From the sequence record NC_049850.1: a stretch of 64,000 nucleotides of DNA; one strand, 5' to 3'. Of this stretch, positions 28,686-38,576 are shown piece by piece. Positions within the stretch are counted from its first letter, which is position 1. Every line of letters starts with the position of its first letter. The position numbers and the translations under genes were made by a program. The notes below the pieces were generated by a model that did not search any database, had not been told where the DNA came from, and worked only from the letters and a program-made list of their open reading frames with translations.

Positions 28686-28955
28686 ATGGAGATCAATGCA
28701 GCAACTCGTTTGGTGGCAACCGAGAAATGGAGCCACGATGTGCACACGAAAAAGCATCCGCCTGAGCACAAGTTCAGCGACGGCTCTGCCGAGTCGATTG
28801 CGGAATGGGCGCGCAAGTCGCACGGTGGCGACACCAAGAAGGCGATGGATTCGCTCAACTTCTACATCAACCGGGCCGGTCACAACCTGAGCGAAGAGCA
28901 GCGGTCGAAGGTCGAGCACGCCAAGAAGCTGTTGGGCGGCGGGGACAAAAAGTAA
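28686..28955 (+). CDS. DUF3175-like protein
   Basis: KWS..V...FS..SAESIA...AMDSLNFYINRAGHNL....LE.AK pattern. Confidence 0.65.
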   Translation: MEINAATRLVATEKWSHDVHTKKHPPEHKFSDGSAESIAEWARKSHGGDTKKAMDSLNFYINRAGHNLSEEQRSKVEHAKKLLGGGDKK

Positions 28956-28959
28956 GTTC

Positions 28960-28969
28960 CCAATTTTAT
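28960..28969 (+). promoter_or_regulatory. class B motif CCAATTTTAT
   Basis: Start of the intergenic region upstream of the tail operon. Confidence 0.5.
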
Positions 28970-28977
28970 AGCGGTAA

Positions 28978-29157
28978 TCCCGTGAGCGTATGGGACGTTT
29001 TTCTTCAGGCGAGTGTTGGTTTTGGGCCTGTACGCTGTTGTAGGAGAGGTCGTGCTTCGGCAGGCTGGTTCGCGGGAACCAGTTTAGACCTCTCCTTTCT
29101 TTTTGCCCCGGTGCTGGCAATCACCGTGAGGATCGCATATCTGCCAGCACAAAGGGC
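28978..29157 (+). ncRNA. candidate structured RNA or leader
   Basis: Four helical elements, including a 10-bp-closed three-way junction with a cUUCGg hairpin followed by a U tract. Confidence 0.45.
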
Positions 29158-29178
29158 CTCAGTATAAGCGAGCGCCAA

Positions 29179-30327
29179 ATGTCATATCTCTCCGACGCAG
29201 TATCAAGAGCTACCCAGCAGATTAAGACTGGCGTGAACTCACAAATTAGCAGACAGGTTCAAGGTATCAAGGGCGCAGTGTCCAGTGCCGAGAACGCTGT
29301 AGTAAACGCAGCGGCAGGTGTCGTAAATAATACGGTACGCACTGCTGTTGGCACCGCCATTGGCGCAGCCGCAGACCTATTGTCCGGTAACCCGGGAGGT
29401 GCGCTGACGACTCTGGCCAATGCGCCAGAAAAGATTTTGGGCTCTGCACTAGGCGGCCTAGGCGGCTTTGCCGGGCCTTCGTCACTGGACCTAACGGGCC
29501 CGGGGACGCTATCGGAAATGTCGAGTTCGGGTGGTATCAACCCGGGCGACAACTTGTTCGGTGCCCTAAACCGCACGGACCCGATGATGAACTACAGTTG
29601 GTACTGCCAACTTCCGGTGATCAGTCCGGGCTCCACGCAATCGGAATCTCCCACATCTGGTTCGATTCTCGGGAACTTGGCAGGTAGCCTAGGCAACATC
29701 CTGAAGTCGAGTATCGCAGGTTCCGTCAGCACGAGCGGAAGCGCGCAGCTTCCATGGTACTTCGTGGAGGGCGCTACGTGCCCGTTCCGTCAGTACGACA
29801 CGGTGACGATCTTCCGTGAGGGCCGAGACCGCAAGTACCCGTCGAAGTATTCGGTGGACAACCTGCAACTTACGATGTACGCGGACTCCGCAAACCAAAC
29901 CTTCCAGTACCTGCAAGCGTGGAACAACGCGATCCTGACGCCCTTCGGCGCGACGGCCGCTGCAACCATGGGCGGGGGCTGGGGACGCCCGAGCGACTAC
30001 AAGAAGCCGATCTTCATCTACCTGCTGGACGTTACGAATCAGGTAGTAGCCCTAATCGAATACGTGGAATGCTGGCCCGTGTCCGTCGAGCAGTACACAT
30101 TGGAGTCCGGCTCTAGCCAGCGTGTTGTCAACCGCGTGAACTTCTCGGTCGGTGACGTGTTCATCAACCTGATGGAAGTGTCGAGCGATCTGATCGGTGA
30201 GGTGCTGTACAACGCAGGTGCAAGTGCAGTGAACGCAGGTGTGAGCGCCGTGGGCGGTTTGGCCCAGCAAGGCTTGAACACCGCAATCAATTCCATGAGC
30301 GGCGCGCTCGATGGAATTTTCTCATAA
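29179..30327 (+). CDS. tail tube-fold baseplate protein (T4 gp19/gp54-like)
   Basis: DPMMNYSWYC, LQLTMY, YLQAW, DYKK.I, CWPVSV and VNFSV; Gly/Ala-rich termini. Confidence 0.6.
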   Translation: MSYLSDAVSRATQQIKTGVNSQISRQVQGIKGAVSSAENAVVNAAAGVVNNTVRTAVGTAIGAAADLLSGNPGGALTTLANAPEKILGSALGGLGGFAGPSSLDLTGPGTLSEMSSSGGINPGDNLFGALNRTDPMMNYSWYCQLPVISPGSTQSESPTSGSILGNLAGSLGNILKSSIAGSVSTSGSAQLPWYFVEGATCPFRQYDTVTIFREGRDRKYPSKYSVDNLQLTMYADSANQTFQYLQAWNNAILTPFGATAAATMGGGWGRPSDYKKPIFIYLLDVTNQVVALIEYVECWPVSVEQYTLESGSSQRVVNRVNFSVGDVFINLMEVSSDLIGEVLYNAGASAVNAGVSAVGGLAQQGLNTAINSMSGALDGIFS

Positions 30328-30341
30328 GTAGGTAGACCTAA

Positions 30342-31772
30342 ATGTCCGAACAAAACTACGTACCGCAATCCCAGACGACTAGCTTCTCTGCGTTTCCAGC
30401 AGACAGGCAAGCCGAACTGGCTCGCATTCAGGCCAACAAGATGCAGAGCCTAGCGCATCTGCCTATGCCCGTGAAGATGCCGGACGGCACGGAACATCCG
30501 GGTCACCCGGGCGGCCCACGCGGCCCGCAGCACGTAGGCGCAGCAGCCCGACAGGCCGCGCGTCCCACGCACATGCCACAGGGGCCAGTGCTTGCGACCA
30601 TCGACCCTAACCTCCAGATGCCTGCCTCTGCGCCTCCTGCCGTTCGACCGGGTGTAGCAGTCCATCGACAAGCAGAGCAGCAAGCGGATGCCATGTTCGC
30701 AGCCGCAGCCGGGGGCTTTACGTCGCCCGTACCGCAGCCTCTTCCGGTGCCGGTCCCTAACACGCCTCCGGTGGCACACGCGATGGTTCCGCAGCATCAG
30801 TTCCATGCAGCGCCGATCCCGACTCCGCAGCCTATGGCACCTGCACCCGTAGCCCCGAACTTGGTTCAGGCGTACGTGAATCAGGTGGCGACGCAGCATC
30901 CCGGCGTCATTAACCCGGTGGCGGATTCCGAGTACATGTCGGTCGAGCTTCCCTCGCGTTTCTCCTATTACGGATTTACCGACCTGTACGTGTGTCCGTT
31001 CCGGGCGAAGCATCTGAGCAAGCTTCAGAAGGCGCATCGTGAGCAGTCGTTGCTTGCCATGGTCGAAGCCGTATCGGCAGTGTGCTATACGACAAGCCCT
31101 GAATACGCGGGTCGTCCGATGGCGTTCGAACTCACGCTCCCTGACTTCTTCTTCGTCCTGTACTGGCTGCGCCTGAACTCGTTCACGAAGAGCAACTACG
31201 TGCACAACACGGTGTGCGAAGACAAGGGCCACGTAAAGCGCGTGTCATACACGCTGAACGCGCGCGAGTTCGATGAGCAGGTGGCTCGTGGTGATATGAC
31301 GGCAGAGGAACGGGCACAGATCGCGGCACTTGCGCTGCCCCCGGAATCGCTGAAGCTGTCGCAGATCATCACGCAGACCAACATGAAGGTTCGCGAACTG
31401 GAGACAAAGCCGGACCCGGCAGTCTACTGTCTGGCCGACGCGCCGGAACTGATCATGCGGCCCCCGACCATGCGCGATGTTCTGGAGTTTGCAGAGTCCC
31501 CAGAAATGAAGGACCCCGAACAACGTTCGGAATTCTCGTTCTTGGCGCAACTCGCGACTCATATCCAGCACACTGCTGGCTACCTGACGCTGCGTCAACG
31601 CCTCGACATCGTTGGCGAGTGCTCGGCTGATCAGGTATCGCTGATCAAGGACTTCGAGAACCAGTTGAAAGACTACGGTGTCGAAGAGCGTGTACGTATC
31701 CAGTGCAAGGAGTGTGGTGCGGTCTCGGAGACGAAGTTGTCTCTGGCCGCCCACAGCTTCTTTCCCTCTTAA
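30342..31772 (+). CDS. baseplate hub/tail assembly chaperone (T4 gp26-like) with Pro-rich N-terminus
   Basis: VELPSR..Y, PFRAKH, LTLPDF..VLYWLR, RPPT and C-terminal CKEC. Confidence 0.55.
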   Translation: MSEQNYVPQSQTTSFSAFPADRQAELARIQANKMQSLAHLPMPVKMPDGTEHPGHPGGPRGPQHVGAAARQAARPTHMPQGPVLATIDPNLQMPASAPPAVRPGVAVHRQAEQQADAMFAAAAGGFTSPVPQPLPVPVPNTPPVAHAMVPQHQFHAAPIPTPQPMAPAPVAPNLVQAYVNQVATQHPGVINPVADSEYMSVELPSRFSYYGFTDLYVCPFRAKHLSKLQKAHREQSLLAMVEAVSAVCYTTSPEYAGRPMAFELTLPDFFFVLYWLRLNSFTKSNYVHNTVCEDKGHVKRVSYTLNAREFDEQVARGDMTAEERAQIAALALPPESLKLSQIITQTNMKVRELETKPDPAVYCLADAPELIMRPPTMRDVLEFAESPEMKDPEQRSEFSFLAQLATHIQHTAGYLTLRQRLDIVGECSADQVSLIKDFENQLKDYGVEERVRIQCKECGAVSETKLSLAAHSFFPS

Positions 31773-31788
31773 TAGCAGCAAGGACACG

Positions 31789-31941
31789 ATGGAACGGTAC
31801 AACCTGATCGTTTCGGAGTACGGTGTATATCCTCCGGACGACATGCCGATCTATCGCTTCCAGCAACTCAGTGAGTCGGCGCAGGCGCGTCGCGACAAGC
31901 GGATCGAGGCTGCTGAGAAGGGACACACTTTCGTAGGCTAA
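31789..31941 (+). CDS. small tail chaperone-like protein (gp51/GT-like position)
   Basis: 50 aa with AAGGA RBS, between the chaperone and the tape-measure-like gene. Confidence 0.5.
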   Translation: MERYNLIVSEYGVYPPDDMPIYRFQQLSESAQARRDKRIEAAEKGHTFVG

Positions 31942-31953
31942 CAGAGGTGAGCC

Positions 31954-33837
31954 ATGCCACAATTCAGTAGTGATTACGAAAGGCGCAAGTGGCAGTCGTT
32001 GCAGAATTCAGCGGGCGCGTCGCTCACGCATATCGTTCAGGGCCGTGCGTCCATGGCCGACGTGCAAAAGGTGACGACCGCGCTGAATGGTCTCAACAAG
32101 CTGGCGGCCGACGTGTTCTCACGTGCCGTCAGCACTGCCGAAGTTCAGGCCAAGAAGTTCGAGGCTCAGTACGAGCAGGTCCGAATGGATCAAGCTATCG
32201 ACACGCTGACCTCGTTCGAAATGGCGCTGAACGAAGCGCTTAAACCGCTGGTGCCTGAGTTGATGTCGAATATTCAAGAGGCCCTTGCCCTTGAGTTGTA
32301 CGAAGCAACCGACGCACTGCAAAACAATCTGGGTCGAAAGTTCGATCATCTGCGCGAACTGATGCCCCCGAAGGACTTGCCAACCGTCAACGACGTGCTG
32401 GCGGCCAATGAACTGCTGGTCGAAGAGATCGGCCGTGTTGACGATGATAAGTGGGGACGACGCGAGCCCGTTCTTATCGACAAGATTGCCGACGTATTCC
32501 GTGGAACACTGCGTGATCTGGCTGACCAGATCAATCGTGAGCGCGCGGCCCAGCGTCAGGCTCAGGGTGGTTCGCGTCACCTCAGTCTGGAAGGGCCGAA
32601 GGGCCATGCCACGGTCGAAGTGCCGATGGTCGAGGAATCACCTATCATGTCGCGGGTCTCGGGGCTTCTGGGCGCACCTTCTGGTGCCACAGCAGCTTCG
32701 GGGCCTGTTGGCGCATCTGGTTCCCACCAAACTGCGTCGACTTCCATAGCGAGCGGTGCACTCGCCGCAGCCAATGGCCAGCGCACCAGCATCACGCTAA
32801 GCCACTCTGCCGAGAACGCAATCGAGAACGCTGCCAATCACCAGACGGAGTTGTACAAGCGATTGTTCGACTTCCTAAGTGGTCGCAAGGGATCGCAGGG
32901 TTCGGGTGATCACGATGGTGTGCAAGGTGCACTGGACGAGGAAGAAAAGGCTGACATCTGGTGGCGCTCATTCCGGAACTGGATGGGTCGCGACCTTGGT
33001 AAATCGCGCAAGAAGAGTGAGAAAGACGACGGTCCGTTCAAATGGCTCAAATGGCTGAAGGGACTGGGGCCCGTACTGCTATCTATGGTCACGAACCCAG
33101 AACTCTATCGGGCTATGGGAGAGTTGATCGAGAAGTACGTGACGTGGGATAACGTCAAGACCGCATTCAGCGCTGCGTGGGACTTTGTGGCCAAGGAAGC
33201 ATCAGACACCATCGACTGGGTTATGGACAAGCTGCACCTGAAGGAAGTGGGTGAGTGGCTTGCCAAGCAAGGCAAGGGGATGGCTGAGAAGGTCGGGAAG
33301 TTCTTCGGCATCAATGAGAACACCGGCAAGATCGGTAACGACATGAGTGGAGGCGGTGGTGAGAACCCCGATTTCGACAAGTCGCGAACGGGCGATCCGT
33401 ACAAGAACGGCGGCCCTCCGGGTGCCGCAGCCGGTGTCTCGATGCCGGTGCCAGTTGGTAAGGACGGCCAACCGCTTCCGAATGCGCGCTCCGAGAAGGG
33501 CGACACGTACGTAAGCAAGTTGATGCAGAGCATAGGCTTGAACGCGGGTGATTCGTCGACCTATCAACAGGCGCTGATCAACAATCGCTCGACGCTGGTC
33601 ACGCCTGCGGGCCTCACGGGCATGCGTGGAACGTACTCGGTCCCGCAAAACCCTGCGATGATGAAGCCCGGCGTCTCGATTGATCCCAATGCAGTGGGCG
33701 TCATAGCAGAGTCCTCGGAGTTCACGCTCCCGGGTGCTGCAAAGGGCACAACGCAGGTTGGCATTGACACGTTCGGCTTCCAAGCAGCCTCGTCCGATTC
33801 GCTGCTGATGATGAACACGCACTTCTTCACATCATGA
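31954..33837 (+). CDS. tape measure-like protein
   Basis: Long helical N-terminus, Trp-rich amphipathic repeats, canonical position. Confidence 0.45.
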   Translation: MPQFSSDYERRKWQSLQNSAGASLTHIVQGRASMADVQKVTTALNGLNKLAADVFSRAVSTAEVQAKKFEAQYEQVRMDQAIDTLTSFEMALNEALKPLVPELMSNIQEALALELYEATDALQNNLGRKFDHLRELMPPKDLPTVNDVLAANELLVEEIGRVDDDKWGRREPVLIDKIADVFRGTLRDLADQINRERAAQRQAQGGSRHLSLEGPKGHATVEVPMVEESPIMSRVSGLLGAPSGATAASGPVGASGSHQTASTSIASGALAAANGQRTSITLSHSAENAIENAANHQTELYKRLFDFLSGRKGSQGSGDHDGVQGALDEEEKADIWWRSFRNWMGRDLGKSRKKSEKDDGPFKWLKWLKGLGPVLLSMVTNPELYRAMGELIEKYVTWDNVKTAFSAAWDFVAKEASDTIDWVMDKLHLKEVGEWLAKQGKGMAEKVGKFFGINENTGKIGNDMSGGGGENPDFDKSRTGDPYKNGGPPGAAAGVSMPVPVGKDGQPLPNARSEKGDTYVSKLMQSIGLNAGDSSTYQQALINNRSTLVTPAGLTGMRGTYSVPQNPAMMKPGVSIDPNAVGVIAESSEFTLPGAAKGTTQVGIDTFGFQAASSDSLLMMNTHFFTS

Positions 33838-35312
33838 ACCTGACCGACGCCCTAGCGTGGACGGGGCCTAGCCCCTCCACCGTTAATTCGCATGACGCGG
33901 AACCGCTTAGCACTCGTCTGGACTACCTATCCGAGTCGATGGACCTTGAAACGTTCATAGACCATACGATGTATCCAAATGAGCAGCGCGTATCCGAAAT
34001 GGAGTGGACGCTTTCTGGTCTAGCGAACTGGGGGGCGTCCGGACACAACAGCAGCGGTGATGGGGTTGAGCATCTAATCTCGTGGCCGCTGTTCAATTAC
34101 CTGAAGCAATCAGGATACCTTGATAATGGCGAGAGTCGTGATGGCTTCATGGCCAACGTCAGGTTGCGTCTCGACAAGATTCTCAAGCGCTTTGTGAAGA
34201 AGCGGCTCAAGAAGTGGTTCTGGCGATTCCTGCGTAAGGTCCTGAAGAAGGCCGTGCGTATTCTGTGGAATGCAGCACGTTGGATCATCGAGAACACGTT
34301 CCGCGCGATTATCCGGCTACTGGTACGCCCGCTCATCGTTGGCGTGCTTGAGTTGATCGGGCTGAACCCGGAACTGTGGCCATTCATTGCAGTGGCTGGC
34401 GGTATAGCGGTAGGCGGCTGGTGGGCTTGGAACAAGTTCTTCGGAGACAAGGCCCATGACACCACAGGCACTATCGTTGACACCGCAATGACCGTCGTCG
34501 GGCCGTCAGGCGCAGAGGCCCCTATAGGCGCAGGTGCTCCGATGGCGGCAAACGCGCCCGGAACCCGCTATGCTCCGGCCACCGAATTGAGCGGCCTGAT
34601 CGCACGTGGTGAAGGTGACTACAACGTGGTCAACTACGGCACGCGCGTCAAGGACAAGAAAAAGCGCAAGAGGGCAGGCACCGAAGACCTTGAGAACATG
34701 ACCGTCAACGAGGTCATGCAGCATCAGCAGGCCGGTGACTTCAACGCTGCTGGTCGCTACCAGATCATCACGGACACAATGCCTGAGATTGTCCGTGGAA
34801 TGGGCCTTACTGGTAATGAGAAGTTCGACAGGACTACTCAGGACCGCATGTTCAACTACCTGATCACGGTGAAGCGCCGACCCATTGGTGACTACATCAG
34901 TGGTCGCTCAAATGATTTGAACGCCGCTATCTACGCAGCGTCCATGGAGTGGGCTTCGGTGGCAGCACCCGCTGGTATGCCGCTGTTCAAGAAGAAAAAG
35001 ACCGACGTTACGCGTTATGGCGACGGAGAAACTTCGTACTACTCAGGAGTTCAGGGTAATCGGGCTTCGATACCTGCGATTGAAATGGGTGAAATGCTGG
35101 AGCGCGAGCGTATACGCGCGGCTGGCGGCCAGACCCAGACGCAGCAGTCGACGGTTCAAACACGTGACGGTACGACCATGGCGCAGGCGGATGCAGTGAA
35201 GGCCCGGCAGCGACAGGCACAGCCACGTGGTGCACCACCGCCACAGCAGCAACAAAAAGACAAGGAAATCATACTCGGAAAGAACGGTGAACTAATCAAC
35301 GTAACTTCGTAG
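33834..35312 (+). CDS. tail-associated lysozyme-fold protein with TM segment
   Basis: LIARGEGDYN...AAGRYQI...FDRTTQD...EWAS muramidase-like domain. Confidence 0.6.
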   Translation: MNLTDALAWTGPSPSTVNSHDAEPLSTRLDYLSESMDLETFIDHTMYPNEQRVSEMEWTLSGLANWGASGHNSSGDGVEHLISWPLFNYLKQSGYLDNGESRDGFMANVRLRLDKILKRFVKKRLKKWFWRFLRKVLKKAVRILWNAARWIIENTFRAIIRLLVRPLIVGVLELIGLNPELWPFIAVAGGIAVGGWWAWNKFFGDKAHDTTGTIVDTAMTVVGPSGAEAPIGAGAPMAANAPGTRYAPATELSGLIARGEGDYNVVNYGTRVKDKKKRKRAGTEDLENMTVNEVMQHQQAGDFNAAGRYQIITDTMPEIVRGMGLTGNEKFDRTTQDRMFNYLITVKRRPIGDYISGRSNDLNAAIYAASMEWASVAAPAGMPLFKKKKTDVTRYGDGETSYYSGVQGNRASIPAIEMGEMLERERIRAAGGQTQTQQSTVQTRDGTTMAQADAVKARQRQAQPRGAPPPQQQQKDKEIILGKNGELINVTS

Positions 35313-35320
35313 GATTCATT

Positions 35321-36262
35321 ATGGCATCCTCTCCATACACAGTACTCATTCAGCGCTCCATGTCAGCGGACCCGATTTCGGTTCAGGCTCCGATGCCAGA
35401 AACGTTCTCGATGGACGCGGGTGCCTCATACGAGCAGCCGTTGCCGCAGGGCTTCACGAGCAGCGGCACAATTAACGCAGCGTTTGCCGCATTCGGTGTT
35501 CGTCTGGCGGTTCAGGCCATGAGCGCCCAGCTATGGTCTGGCAACACAGAAACGAACCTGAGTCTCGAACTCCAGTTCCATACGGAGACCGATCCAGTTC
35601 AGGACGTGCGCACACCAATCGTGAACCTGCTGAAGCTGACAATGCCTAGCACCAGCAGCACCACCGGCCTGCTGGAAAGTCCGGGGCCCTCTATCGACTT
35701 CTCGAATCAGGCTGCTGCAATAGGTAGCGACGCATTCTCGGCATTTGGAACTTCCATAGGCTCGGTTCTGGGGTCTGTCGGCACTACGGTACGCAACGCG
35801 TTCAACCGTGGGGGCCCGACGCCGCAACCCGGATCGATAACAGAAACCAGCAAACGGTCCAACGACAGTTCGAACGGAACGGTTCCACAGGCAGTGATCC
35901 AAAACCCAAGCCTCGGGACCGCAGCCTACTGGAACACGAAGCTCAAGAACAAGATTTCGATCAAGCTCGGGAACTACATGTTCTTCGAGTCCGTGGTGAT
36001 CACACGAGTGTCTATCACGGCGGCTTCGAATTTCGATGCGCAAACTGGACTACCTCATCACTGTCGCGTGCTCGTTGAGTTCAAGCCTCTGTTCATGCTC
36101 ACACAGCAAGACCTCGACACACTGTTCGTTAATCCGGGCGGTGGTTCGGGTGGGACTCCGGGTAACAACTCGTACGGCTTCTCGTTGCCCATGGAATCTA
36201 TCAACGGCGTGGCCAAGAACGTGTTCAATAGCGTTCAGTCGACACTCGGTAACCTATTCTAG
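35321..36262 (+). CDS. baseplate tail-tube cap (gp48-like)
   Basis: PETFS, LELQF and ISIKLGNY..FESVVIT.V tube-fold pattern. Confidence 0.5.
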   Translation: MASSPYTVLIQRSMSADPISVQAPMPETFSMDAGASYEQPLPQGFTSSGTINAAFAAFGVRLAVQAMSAQLWSGNTETNLSLELQFHTETDPVQDVRTPIVNLLKLTMPSTSSTTGLLESPGPSIDFSNQAAAIGSDAFSAFGTSIGSVLGSVGTTVRNAFNRGGPTPQPGSITETSKRSNDSSNGTVPQAVIQNPSLGTAAYWNTKLKNKISIKLGNYMFFESVVITRVSITAASNFDAQTGLPHHCRVLVEFKPLFMLTQQDLDTLFVNPGGGSGGTPGNNSYGFSLPMESINGVAKNVFNSVQSTLGNLF

Positions 36263-36270
36263 GAGTTAGC

Positions 36271-36621
36271 ATGGACGGATACTCTGGCGACATGAATTGG
36301 TCGCGATACACGCCGGTCGATAGCACGACCACGAACTATGACTTGTTTCGATCGGCATTCCGAAATGTTCGGTTCAACGTGGAATCCCAAACGCGCTACC
36401 AGATCACGAGTCTAGACATGGCTAACCTGCCGGGACTCGCGTACAAGTTCTTCGGGGACACCAGCCTATGGCGCGCGCTCATGGCCTATAACGGCATCAC
36501 AGACCCGCTTTCTGGGGTTTGCGTAGGACTCACGATCAAGGTTCCTACTAAGGCCGCACTTCAGAACTATGTGACTGGTCAGGTCAAGAGCCAACAGCAG
36601 CGCCAGTCGATCATTATCTAA
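36271..36621 (+). CDS. LysM-like baseplate wedge protein (gp53-like)
   Basis: LPGLAYKFFGDTSLWRALMAYNGITDP. Confidence 0.65.
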   Translation: MDGYSGDMNWSRYTPVDSTTTNYDLFRSAFRNVRFNVESQTRYQITSLDMANLPGLAYKFFGDTSLWRALMAYNGITDPLSGVCVGLTIKVPTKAALQNYVTGQVKSQQQRQSIII

Positions 36622-36630
36622 GGAATTCAG

Positions 36631-37752
36631 ATGGGTTTCGCAGTCAACGACCGGCTGGAGGTCAGTCTGTTCATCAACGATCAGGAGTTCCCTCTTGATT
36701 CATTGAACGTGCTTCACTTCCTGCACATAGCGTGGGGGACGCGTGGTCTAGTCCCTACCATCCACCTGTCCGTGTTTGATGCGCAGCACACGCTGGATGC
36801 CGTTCCGCTTCAGGACGGCATACCTATTCGAGTGGCGATCCGCGCGTATCAGGGCCAGACGCAGACCTACAACTTCCGGAAATACGACCACAAAAAGACG
36901 AACACCGGCAACGGCTTCACGTATAGGCTGGACGGCTATCTGGACGTTCCAAAGTACTGGCTAGGGACATCCGTTGTTGGGATACGTGGCACTTCTAACG
37001 AAGTGCTGAATCAGATAGCAACCTCGTGCGGCATGAAGTATGAAGGCGTATCCACGGCCGACAGTCAGTTGTGGCTACCGCGTAACCGTACGTACGCAGA
37101 ATTTGCACGCCACGTAGCCGATGCTGGCTACGCCACTGACTCGTCGTACATGGAAATGGCGGTCACGAGCTACGGAGCAATACGCTATCTGGATGTGAAC
37201 GCACTACCGCAGACCACCACGAAGGTTACGCTCGGCCAGTTTGTGCAGGGGTCACTTACCGCTGCCGATTACAAGCCTCATGCCCGATCCGGTATGAACA
37301 ACAAGATGACGGGCTACCAGAACACAAAGCACTCCCAATCGTTGTCCGGTGACGTGCTAAATAGTGCGGCCTCGACCCTTGTGTTCAATCCGGATTCGAG
37401 TGCTCCGCTCTTCAACGCAAAGGTGCGCGAGGACGCGGCACGCGGCTACCAGACGTTTGGTGGTATCGACGTTGGGAACACACACGCTAACTACGACAAG
37501 GCCCTGTATCAGAACCTCCGGTACTCGAACCTGTTCTCGCTCGACGTGGAGTTCCTGATGGCGTCACCTACCACATTCGAGCCCATGGACACGTTCTCGT
37601 TCATCGTGGATCAGGAAACGAATTTGGTCGACCGCGCATACGCCGGGACCTATACGGTGGTGGCACGCGCCATCTTCATCACGGGTGCTACGTACGCCGA
37701 AAAGATTCTGGGCACGCGCAGCGGCATGGACACGACATACACGAGTGGTTGA
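36631..37752 (+). CDS. baseplate hub protein (gp27/gpD-like)
   Basis: Position between the LysM and spike genes; beta-rich. Confidence 0.5.
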   Translation: MGFAVNDRLEVSLFINDQEFPLDSLNVLHFLHIAWGTRGLVPTIHLSVFDAQHTLDAVPLQDGIPIRVAIRAYQGQTQTYNFRKYDHKKTNTGNGFTYRLDGYLDVPKYWLGTSVVGIRGTSNEVLNQIATSCGMKYEGVSTADSQLWLPRNRTYAEFARHVADAGYATDSSYMEMAVTSYGAIRYLDVNALPQTTTKVTLGQFVQGSLTAADYKPHARSGMNNKMTGYQNTKHSQSLSGDVLNSAASTLVFNPDSSAPLFNAKVREDAARGYQTFGGIDVGNTHANYDKALYQNLRYSNLFSLDVEFLMASPTTFEPMDTFSFIVDQETNLVDRAYAGTYTVVARAIFITGATYAEKILGTRSGMDTTYTSG

Positions 37753-37754
37753 TC

Positions 37755-38555
37755 ATGGGATTCAAAACACAGAATGCAAGCGTTAGGCAGACCGAAGATT
37801 ATGGCAGCAGCTATTACGTCGGCGTCGTAACCGCAAACAACGATCCACTTGGCCTCAGCCGAGTGCAGGCCAACGTGCCGGGCCTCATGGATACTGCGGC
37901 CGGTGAGGTTCCTTGGATCGGGAGCCTGCGAGACAGTCCGTTTGGCTACGGAACAGGACCCAAGGGCCCTTATGGCTGGTACGGGAGCCCGCAGGTAGGC
38001 TCCAAGATCAAGGCAGAGGCGCAGGGTGGGGACATCCTGCGCTGCCTCTACACGAGCCTTCTGACGAAGCCGGATATGCACCCGTGGTTCACGAACCCGC
38101 AGCGCTGGGGTTATGTCGATCCGTCTGGCAACAGCCTGCAAGTCGACATGGCGGCCGGTACGTGGGTGTGGACGCACGTTTCGGGTGACCAGATATCCTA
38201 CGATGGCAGTGGCAATCGTGTGAACGTGATCAAGGCCAACGAGACAACGAATGTGCAGGGCAGCGAGACCCACAACATTCAGGGCAGTCTCCAGTTCAAC
38301 GTGAGTGGCAATGCGACGGTGCAGTGTTCGTCGTTCAATCTCCAGTGCAGCGGCAACGCTTCGTACTCGGCGTCCACGCACCAATTCAACGGGCCCGTGA
38401 CGATGAGCAGCACTCTTGCCACAGGCGGTGACATAACGGATCAGACAGCAAGCGGCAACAGCACGACAGTGGGTCAGTTCCGCACGGCTTACCGCAATCA
38501 CTACCACCACGTGCCGGACAATCCAGACACCAGTACTCCGATCCCGCAGTTCTAA
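37755..38555 (+). CDS. baseplate spike (gp5/gpV-like)
   Basis: OB-fold GVV..NNDP..L.RVQ, beta-helix repeats and C-terminal HYH metal-binding tip. Confidence 0.75.
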   Translation: MGFKTQNASVRQTEDYGSSYYVGVVTANNDPLGLSRVQANVPGLMDTAAGEVPWIGSLRDSPFGYGTGPKGPYGWYGSPQVGSKIKAEAQGGDILRCLYTSLLTKPDMHPWFTNPQRWGYVDPSGNSLQVDMAAGTWVWTHVSGDQISYDGSGNRVNVIKANETTNVQGSETHNIQGSLQFNVSGNATVQCSSFNLQCSGNASYSASTHQFNGPVTMSSTLATGGDITDQTASGNSTTVGQFRTAYRNHYHHVPDNPDTSTPIPQF

Positions 38556-38576
38556 ATTTAATAGAAAGGAGTGCTT

